From the NCBI RefSeq assembly GCF_006345805.1, contig NC_042998.1, forward strand, positions 60,078,001-60,142,000: a stretch of DNA of 64,000 bases. The letters run 5' to 3'. Both the position numbers and the translations under genes were made by a program. This stretch comes from Octopus sinensis. Lineage: Eukaryota. Every line of letters begins with the position of its first letter. The first letter of the stretch is position 1. The notes beneath the pieces were generated by a model. The model did no database searches, was not told the origin of the DNA, and saw only the letters and a program-made list of their open reading frames with translations. This document shows positions 53,946 through 64,000 of the stretch, piece after piece.

Positions 53946-54585
53946 ATATATGTGTGTGTGTGTATGTGTGTGTGTCTGTGTGTGTGTATGTGTATATATG
54001 TATGTATGTATGGATATGGATATACACACATATATACGTATTTGCATATATATATATATATATTCGTATATATACACATATGTGTAGATAATACATGAAT
54101 GCTATAGAAGTATGTGAAACCAGTTTTAGCACATGCAGTCAAAACCTGGATATAGTCAAATTATGATAACAAGAGCAAGAAACAATATTTGGTCGACATT
54201 TTACATGTTAAATATTAATTTTACTTCTAAATACTTCGGAAAAATCATTCTGATCATATGACAGGAAAGTATGTATAATTTGTCAACCATATAGTAAAAT
54301 AAATAGAAATTATGTGAGTCAAGAAATTTGTTTCCCAATTATTGTATATATCTCTAATATTAATGTAACCTTTATCCGTATAATTAGATGAGCTTTGAAT
54401 TTTGAGATAATGATTTATCACTAAAATACTCCTTTTTCTGCTGTAGCTATTTTACTAACTAAGATAACGATGTTGTCTCATCTTTCAACCTTACCATTTC
54501 AAGCAACTCCTCTTCATTACTTTGTAAATGATTTTCTGTCATTCTTGGCATGTGTGTGTGTATGTATATATGGTGTTTGTATGTA

Positions 54586-54589
<4 letters not shown>

Positions 54590-54627
<38 letters not shown>

Positions 54628-54929
54628 ATATACATATATATATATTATATATATATATATATTATATATTTATTATAATATTATATATATATATATTATA
54701 TATATACATATATATAACTATTATATATATTATATATAGATATATATTATATTATATAGATATATACATATATATAATATATATATATTATATATATATA
54801 TTATATTATATATATATATATATATATATATTATATTATACATTATATATATATATATATATTATATACATATATATATATATATATACATATATATATT
54901 ATATATATATATATTATATTATATATATA

Positions 54930-54988
<59 letters not shown>

Positions 54989-54990
54989 GC
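54590..54990. repeat. Long imperfect (TA)n; representative of more than 30 (TA)n, (GATA)n, (CATA)n, (ATT)n and (CA)n microsatellites across the window
   Basis: Direct inspection. Confidence 0.95.
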
Positions 54991-56569
54991 ATATATATCC
55001 AATGAGATTTCGATAATATGATCAAAGTATATTGAGAGTAAACGCCAAACGTTAATCAATTATGGACCACTTCATTCAACAACTGTGTTATCTTCTGTGA
55101 AAACACCACGATCTCAACATTTCAGCAGCTATATCGAGAACAATATTGTTTACATTTACTGATGATTTTAAACAAAAAAACTGATTGATATCATTTGCTT
55201 ATTTCAAACGTTTGCTCACATATCTCTACATCTTCTGCTCATTCGACATTTGCTGATGGTAATTCAACTCAACTATACTCAGCCAGTTTTACATTTTAAA
55301 GAAAAAAAAATTATTTTTGTGTTACCATAAATGATTCTAATTTTGTAATATTATTTCAATCATCAGTATTATTATTTTATACATATTTGAGGTCATTGAG
55401 CTGATAGGATCTTCACAACGTTGGAAAAGTTGCTTTGCCGTATTGTTGTTCCTTATTTTAACGTTCTGATTTCAAATTCCGTCGTGGCTCTCTTTGTCCT
55501 ACATTCTTTTGTGGTCGATAAAGCAAAGTACTAATCAAGTACTGGATATCGACTAACTCCTTCCCCTCAAAATCACTGGCTATGAGTGGCAGATGTAAAT
55601 TATAAACTATTATTTTACGAGTGTTTATTGATATGTAAATATATACGAAGTTAGTCATTTTTGATACTACTCAAATTGTTGGCGATTTCAATTCCTCAGT
55701 TGGTGATTGATCAAATATGAGTTCAATGGTCGCCAAGATCAACTTTGTATTTCTTGCTTCTGGTCCGTAAACAAGAGCCAATCAACTATTCTGAGATCTA
55801 TTTAATAAATTGTTTCTACCCTCAAAATGTGTGACCTTGTAAAAACCTTTAAGTGGTATTACTACAAATCACCAAGTTTTTGTAAGAAACATGGCGATCA
55901 TAGCAAACGTTGAAGTTTGAGACAGCGTGCGAAATCTCTGTGCGAGTAGAGGAATGATATAGAACTATTAATTGAACAAATGGGAAGTGTTCAACTTAAA
56001 TGGGAAATAAATGACTAAATTAATTGAAGGCCAAACATTCTTCAGATTGATACTTAGTATGTTGACTCCCACACGACCTAACAAAGGGTCAGGCAGTATG
56101 TTTGCAAAACATCTTGTGGATTATTGCATTATTTCTTTTCTTTGATCCTCGATCTTTTGCTAGCATGCTACAACTGTTAATGAATGTGATTATGATACTC
56201 TAGAACATCATTCTAAATTATGTAGATTTTTCCCCATTTTTTTGTATTTTCATATTTAAATCACAATGAATTTTAATTTCTAGTGAGGTAAATTAAAAAC
56301 TGAGTAAAGAAAGAGTATATTTAACAAAATGGAAGGCTCGAAATGATTCTCCAGTGGGTAGTGTGTGAGAAACACTGCGACATCCGTGCTTCACATATGA
56401 TATAGGCGCTCATATCAAAATTATTTAAGATATTGCAGTGACACCCTGGGACAAAACAACAAATGATGCTAGAAAGTCAATGTATTAGAAATAGGGAAGA
56501 CGTAATGCATAATGAAGATACAAAAATCAATATGATCACAGATAGTACACTTTTGATCATAGGTTTACT

Positions 56570-57002
56570 CAGAGCTGATCTGCTCTACCCACTAAGTTTT
56601 GGCGGTCACTATTCCCGGGAAGACCGTAGTGGTAAAGTCCTCCCATAGGATTCTGTCAGATGCAACAGTCGTTACACTTCCCTGCTGGATTCCCTAGTGT
56701 GGCTAAGTGAGATTATGGATATTATCCACCCACCTCACTTTTGGTTCACCCCTAGGTTTCATACCAGTTGGCTCTACTTGAAGAAGCTGGCTTGCGATCT
56801 TCCGTACTGCATTCTAATTCCATGTCTGTAATATCAGATACGTGGCCTCTCCATGCTCACGTTTCGACCTGGAGATATTCCCTCATCTCCTTGGTATGCA
56901 ACCTATCGAGTAACGTTGTTTCAGAGATCCTTCGAAGTAATCCTATTTCGACCGCTTACATTCGCCATCGTACTGTTTCGGCCATTATTCAACATTCACG
57001 AC
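56570..57002 (-). mobile_element. RTE-type LINE 3' fragment
   Basis: AVEIGLLRRISETTLLDRL..EMREYLQVE..., followed by the RG.PK.RW.D-like tail. Confidence 0.7.
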
Positions 57003-57959
57003 CATAAGTGATGGGAGGTGGCCACGAAATCCGAATTAAAGATTATAGATTGGCTTTTTAGCAACCTTTCCAGCTGGTGGATTACTATGCCAGCGCTTGA
57101 ACTTCTGAACTGATCGGGACTAAACTTCAACAAGTTTTGGTATTTAACTACCATAATGTGTTTCATCGAACTGCCAATCTTCACGAAAGTTACAGGGGTT
57201 TCAGCTAGAAAATTATACTTAGAGATGCTAGAATTCTCATTAGCAGAATTATTTCAATACCAATAAAGTGGCAATTCTATACGACATACAAGAATTTTAT
57301 GCAAACATTCCGCATTCTAATATCAACACATCTCTTCACCGTATCTTCTTGTTACAATACTGAAGCTGAAAACAAACTTTAACGCAAAATGTATGGAACA
57401 GAATATATGAAAAGATATATGGACTTTAAAAAAAATATATATAGAAGAAAAATTTATGAATGCACTAAACTCAATGCAGTAACAAATAATACAACATTGT
57501 TAAAATACAATAAAAACCAACTATAAATTTATTCTGAACGCTGTTTTATGGGTGTTTTGTTTTCAATGTTTGCAATCATTGTTTTATATAAACAGGTATA
57601 CAATATATATTGATATAAGTGTGTGCATGTGTGCATGTATGTGGGTGTGAGTGTTGTGCGCACGGGTATGTTTGTTTGTAACTGGCACTTCGTTCAATCA
57701 TTTTCCACAGGTTCCAATTTCTGACATCACTTCTTTTGGTGAAATTATAAATTATTTTTATGCCTGAAGAAACACAGGAAGCGCCCAACTTTATAATCAG
57801 AGAGAATGTGATCAGTTTTGAATCCATAAATAATGAAATTATACAGGGCGTAATAGCTTGGCATAAGCTTTCATTCGTTTGTGAAATAAAAGCCTTACAT
57901 GATATGCATGCGTATCTGAATGTGAAACAAAAACGATGAAAGAGAATGTATACATATGT

Positions 57960-58400
57960 ATGTGCAGACTGCTGTAAGGAAAATTAAATAGGAATGGTGG
58001 AATGACAGAGCAACAGGGACACAAAAAGCAGCTGATAGAAATGATGCCAAAGGTTTGTACTCTTATGTTAAGGAGTTACATGGCTTCAAATCTTCAATGG
58101 TTCCAGTGAGAACAGCAAATGGACTTTCACCTCTGACTGACACTGCTTCTATTCATAAGCGCTGGGTAGAACATTTTTCTACATTTTTGAATAGACCATC
58201 ATTCGCTGACATGAGCATGATAGAAAAAATCGAATACCTTCCAGTTATAGAAGAGATGGTATTTGAACAAACTGAAAATGACAATTATTTGGCTATGAAT
58301 AGGCTGAATAACAATAAGTCTCCAGGGTCTGATGGAATCTATGCAGAAGTCTTGAAATATGGGGATGCCTGGATAGATGCCATTTTCATTTCCTTGTATA
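57960..58400 (+). mobile_element. RTE-type LINE fragment (EN-RT linker)
   Basis: VQTAVRKIK*EWW..AADRNDAKGLY..KRWVEHFSTFLNRPS..NKSPGSDGIYAEVLKYG. Confidence 0.8.
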
Positions 58401-58509
58401 AATCGGACATGTGTGTATGTGAACTTGGGCAAGTATATTCTACTACAGCCTCGAACCAACCAGAAACTTTTGAGTAGATTTGATAAACGATAATTGAAAG
58501 AAACCCGTC

Positions 58510-58556
<47 letters not shown>

Positions 58557-58558
<2 letters not shown>

Positions 58559-58937
58559 AAAGCTTTGTTGTTGCATAATAATGCAGCCCCCCCCCCCCGC
58601 CTAGACCGTTGAAACCATTAACCGACTGGGTTTTGAGGTGCTGGAACACCCTGCCTACAGCCCAAATCTCGCCTCTTCCGACTATCATATCTTTCGACCG
58701 CTCAAAGATGGTTTACGATGTCGTCGACTTTCTACTGATGAAAATGTGAAGGAAGCGGTGCACGACCAACCGAAAACCTATTTCCTGGAGGGAATCTGCA
58801 AGCTTGTGAGGCGCTGGACCAAGTGCATCGAAAAGGAAGGAGACTATATAGAAAAATGACGTACTTGTTTATCCCCTTCTCTCGTGTTAATACATTGAAA
58901 AAACAAGAGTGCGTTGAATTTTTGATTCTCGCTCGTA
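58557..58937 (+). mobile_element. Mariner 3' fragment with right TIR
   Basis: LLLHNNA.., LEHPAYSPNLASSDYHIF..WTKCIEKEGDYIEK*. Ends ..tttttgattctcgctcg followed by TA. Confidence 0.85.
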
Positions 58938-60505
58938 TTTACATGAAATACATTTGTCAATATCAACATATTTTTAAAGCAATAAGATTTATTGCTTGAT
59001 GATAATCAATTATAGGTTTATTTGTTAGCGAAAGATTAAATAAATATGAGCGCTGAATTGTATGAAGAAACTGCAATTCTCCTTTATATTTTTACAATAA
59101 TCTCTTAATGCTTCGATTAAATTATATTGGACTACAAACACACAGATACACACATGCACACACACGCACACACACGTACATACACGCACATACACACATA
59201 CGCACACACAAATAAATGTATGCATCTGTATAATAAATACAGATTCAACCACAAAAAATTATATACATATATATATATAATATATATATATATATATGAT
59301 TGATTCTGATTGATTCTAGTTTCAGCTCACGCGCTGTGGCCATGCTGGGGCACCGCCATTACATTATATATATATATATACGAGGGAATGGGGGCCATTC
59401 TAGTGATCACACCATTTGAAAAAATTTCCCTAAATTCACGCTTATGCAAACCGTTTTAAATTTAGTACTTCATACAAAAATAAAAGATGGATAGTCACGG
59501 ATGGAAAACTTTTGATCAAAAATCTGCGATATTCAAGTTGATCTGATGTTATATAGCAACAACAATATACATGTGTGTATGTATATATGTATGTGATGGA
59601 ATCAGTTTAGAGATTGATTGCGTAAATGAGTGAAGCGAAAATACTCTGGAATTAAGGAAATTTCAAAAGAGCTGCTATGATGATCGCTTGTTTTAATATG
59701 ATAAACCTACTCATAAATATTTTTAGGGGCTTCCCTCTTATCCAGAGTCAATATTTTATTTACTAAAGGTTTAGTAAATAAATTATTAGTCTTGAAATGG
59801 GTATAGAAGTTGAGCGGTACACAATTGGAATATTTATCACTATTTCATGGAGAAGTAAAAGGGCAAGGAACTAGCTGATCGTTTATCTTATGAAAGGATT
59901 ATTTGTGCAAATATTTAATCTTTAATTTTTCACAATTTGCTCCTCATCGCTGCGTTACACTTATAAAATTTTACTGGTACTTTTCTTTATAAGTGATAGC
60001 GATTCCGAAATCCGTTCATTAATTATTACACTCATCTCACGAGTGTAATAGTCTATTTAGGAATCTTTTACGAATAAAAAAATGGCTGTCTATAATAGGA
60101 AACGACCAATTTGTTCTTTCATCTTGAATAGTACTTAGTATGAATCTAAGTTAAGAAAAAGTCCACCGACGCCAAAAAGGTATTCGTTTAATTATCGAAA
60201 ATTTATGATATGGTTTGAATTTTCATATAAGAAAAGTAATTAAGTGGGAATAAAATGTATGCTTTACTTATGCATTGTAAATCTGAATTGATTGAAAGCC
60301 GATGCATTCCGGCATATTCATTTAAATGTAGAGTTATAAAGATATTGTATAATTTGTCAATTATAATAATTATGCACTGTGCTTCGAAACGGAATGGTAC
60401 CGATATAATTGCAATGAATATTAAACTTGTTCTACGTTGCTTCTCAATGTTCTTCCTTGATTTATGTTGGTATGGATGCATGTGTGTGTGTGTGTGTGTG
60501 TGTGC

Positions 60506-60539
<34 letters not shown>

Positions 60540-60832
60540 TGTTGCTTTCTAAGAATCCCGATGCTTATATTGTTGTAATTTGAAAGGTTCAGACTGTCAA
60601 TCAATATATAGTGATCTTATTTCAGTTCAGTTTTGTCATTAATCAATTGTTTCATTAGTTATTTAATTAATAAATTAGTCAGCTAATTAGATAAATATTT
60701 ACTTGCAACACAAAGGTATGAGGGGCATATTTTCATCAATTAGGTTACAAGCTCCGATGAATGTACACGGCAAAACCCAAAAACCAATTAATCGATTACC
60801 CTATGATGTTTTTTTACCTAATTGATTTTACA

Positions 60833-60914
<82 letters not shown>

Positions 60915-61045
60915 AGATTAATCAGCTGAGATTGCGAGCATGATCCCGTTCTTGACTGAAGATTAAAGGCTTCGAATGACCCGTCTGCGTTTTTTGTATC
61001 GTCTAATTGGATGTTTTGCGTTCTTGTCCCATTTCGTATCTTATA

Positions 61046-61085
<40 letters not shown>

Positions 61086-61150
61086 CAGACATCCAGACAT
61101 ACATACATACATACATTGATGGAAAGATAGATATGTAGATAGATAGATAC

Positions 61151-61241
<91 letters not shown>

Positions 61242-61484
61242 TGTTTCTTTATTAGCCACACCGGGCTGCACACAGATAGAACAAATTACAAGGTAGAGCT
61301 TTTCTTTTGAAGGTTTAAAAAAAAAAAAAAAAAAGGAAGGGGGAGTTTCGATCAAAAGGGATCGTAAAAGGAGAGAAAGAGGACAAAAGAAAGGGGGGGT
61401 TAAAAAAAAAAAAAATAGATAGATAGATAGATAGATAGACAGATAGATAGACAGACAGATAGATAGATATGAGTGAAAGCGTTC

Positions 61485-61790
61485 AGTAGTTAGAGCGTTT
61501 GGCCATGAGGTAGTGAGTTCGATCGTTGAACTGGGTTGTGTGTTGTGCTGTCTTAAGCAAGACACTTTATTTCACTCAGCTGTAGAAATGTGTTGCGACG
61601 TCACTGGTGCAAAGCTCTACAGGCTTTGCCTTTTCCTTGGATAACATCCGTGGCGTGGAGAGAAGAGGCTGCTATGCATGGACGACTGCTGGTCCTCCAT
61701 AAACAAATTCCCCGGACTTGTGCTTCTAAGGAGAACGTTTTAGGTGCGATCACATAGTCAGTCATGACCGAAGTGGATCTCAACCCCATA
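61485..61790 (+). mobile_element. SINE family C
   Basis: Same family and body as 20232-20588, opposite orientation. Confidence 0.75.
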
Positions 61791-61827
61791 TATATACATA
61801 TATAACTTCATATGTATGTATAGAAAA

Positions 61828-62098
61828 GAATTTGTTTTGGGGTTTGAAAATGTGCCTGAATTTGAAAAAAGTATAGATTTATTCATATACATACCAAACT
61901 AGTTTCAACAATTTTTCTTTTATCTATGGTACAAATATATATATAAAACAAGATTTTAACAGAGTTTAAAATTATGAAGTACCATTGATAAACAAAAAAA
62001 TTGCTGAAACTAGTTGGTATTTATGTAAATAAATCTATCTGAAAACAACTACACGATTTGGAAATTTGGATGCAGTTTCAAACCCCAAAAACAAATTC
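61828..62098. mobile_element. MITE-like fold-back element with long imperfect inverted arms
   Basis: 61828-61863 pairs with 62062-62098 and 61873-61932 pairs with 61979-62038. Confidence 0.7.
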
Positions 62099-62219
62099 CC
62101 GTATTTTTTTTCCTTCGTGGGAATACACTTCTTCTTTCCATATATATATATATGCGTTCTTGTCCCATTTTTGTATTTTTTATATATAAAATATAGCGGT
62201 GTACGTACACTTTGGCCTA

Positions 62220-62253
<34 letters not shown>

Positions 62254-62254
62254 A

Positions 62255-62290
<36 letters not shown>

Positions 62291-62493
62291 GTGTGTGCGT
62301 GTGTGTGTGTATATGTATGAGTGTATAGTTACTATGCTTCACGTAAACTATTGCTTCAAAGCCTACTGCAAGCAGTACTCATTTCTTCCAACCAGAAACT
62401 TCCGGTACCAATATTATCTAATTATTTGACTAAAAACTAAAGCGAAATACAACAGTGTATGTGCTTTAATTTAATTTGCATCATAATTACCCT

Positions 62494-62559
<66 letters not shown>

Positions 62560-62567
<8 letters not shown>

Positions 62568-62680
62568 GATATAAGGTACTCAGAATGCTGGACGGTTTTG
62601 TATTTACAGATGTTTATTAATATGTCACATGTATTTATAAATATATATTAGCGCCTGCATCTACTCTAGAAGAATCCACT
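62560..62680 (-). repeat. Family E 3' fragment
   Basis: Reverse complement matches the 3' half of 35165-35270; carries GCAGGCGCTA at the stem III position. Confidence 0.65.
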
Positions 62681-62689
62681 ATATATATA

Positions 62690-62739
<50 letters not shown>

Positions 62740-62802
62740 GTATATATATATATGATATGTATATATATGTATATATATATTATATATATATTATATATAT
62801 AT

Positions 62803-62833
<31 letters not shown>

Positions 62834-62861
62834 GTATATGCATATATATATATGATATGTA

Positions 62862-62897
<36 letters not shown>

Positions 62898-63178
62898 TGT
62901 ATGTATGTATGTATGTATGTATGCATGTATGTAAGTATATATATAAATGTATGTGCATATTTTCAATGTGTTCAAATAACACGGAAAAAATAAATAAATA
63001 TTTACCAGGTAGCAAAAATTCACATAATTGCCAAGGATATTACAGCCTATTTATAAAGGTAGAAATTCCAGGGTTAAGTGAAAAGTTTTTGTATATCATG
63101 AATAAATTAAGAAATGGAGTTAAATGCAGGTGTTAACATATGCGTTTGATGTTAACACCTATTTCTTAATTTATCCAT

Positions 63179-63219
<41 letters not shown>

Positions 63220-63623
63220 AACTGAGAATGTGTGTCTGTCTGTGTGTCTGTGTGAATCCCTAAAACTTGAGAACTACACAACCAATTTCATTCAAATTTT
63301 ACACATGTGGCGTCATGGGCAAAAGAATTTCTAACTTCTTGCCTAGGGCGAGCCCACAGCGATATCATATATTCTCCATTATTTCAGTATTACGTATTAA
63401 AAGTGAAACAAAAATATCCCTCTATTGTAATGTCAGATACTTTCACTTTAATACTGAAACTATTAAAGTCAAACTATTATATAAGAGGGATGAACCATTA
63501 ACAGTGGACATACATTTTGCTAGAAGATGCGTTATGGTCTTATATGCTACACAACTGGTTTTCAATTCATTTTAATCAAATTTATATTCAATTTCTCACC
63601 CTTATTATATTTAATTTAAATTT

Positions 63624-63940
63624 AAACCCAGGATCATGTGTTTTGGAACGAAGTTTATTACCACACAGCCACACCTGAACCTATGTATGTGTGTGTGTGT
63701 GTGAGTGTGTATAGCTGTATATGTATACATTTATTTCTATACATATAGATGTATATGTATACATATATATGTGTAGATTTATATATATATATATATAGAT
63801 GTACATGTAATATATACACATATATATTCACATATATACATGCATACACGTATACACCCATACACACACACACACCTACATAGGTGCAGGTGTGGCTGTG
63901 TGGTAACAAACTTCGATCCAAAATACATGGTCCTGGGTTC
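63624..63940. repeat. Inverted pair of family D SINE heads around a (TG)n..(CA)n spacer
   Basis: 63624-63687 and 63877-63940 are about 90% reverse-complementary, including the flanking ctatgta. Confidence 0.75.
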
Positions 63941-64000
63941 AGTCCCACTGTGTGGTGACTTGGCATGTGTCTTCTGCTATAGCCTCAGACCAATCAGTGC

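Noticed and set aside
60940-61045. CTGAAGA in a repeat loosely similar to 17130-17285
   Set aside because: No stem II closure or GAAA-NUH geometry could be built.

Overview
AT-rich, microsatellite-dense animal genomic DNA. The SINE families and the (TA)n/(ATT)n/(GATA)n load look like an octopus (coleoid cephalopod) genome, which is an inference from pattern recognition. Only one host-gene piece is visible: the last coding exon (9654-10350, +) of a class A neuropeptide GPCR of the SIFamide/NPFF receptor type. Its upstream exon(s) were not found, so bases 1-9653 are probably intron. The rest is transposon-derived: coding remnants of at least three distinct Penelope-like element (PLE) lineages, three R4/Dong-type RLE LINE 3' ends clustered in (ATT)n arrays, two CR1-type and three RTE-type LINE fragments, two mariner remnants, many tRNA-derived SINEs and several MITE-like or fold-back palindromes. 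The most striking signal is a set of about ten type I hammerhead-ribozyme-like motifs (2726+, 3209-, 19665-, 23712+, 28110-, 30750+, 31346+, 33876+, 35134+, 53779+). Most have a minimal palindromic stem III that differs by family, most sit in short elements abutting (TA)n, and several have inverted termini. One lies at the centre of a 419-bp palindrome, and one family has a non-canonical GCAA core. All structures were folded by eye and none has been computationally or experimentally verified. Many long ORFs in the supplied track are microsatellite artefacts.
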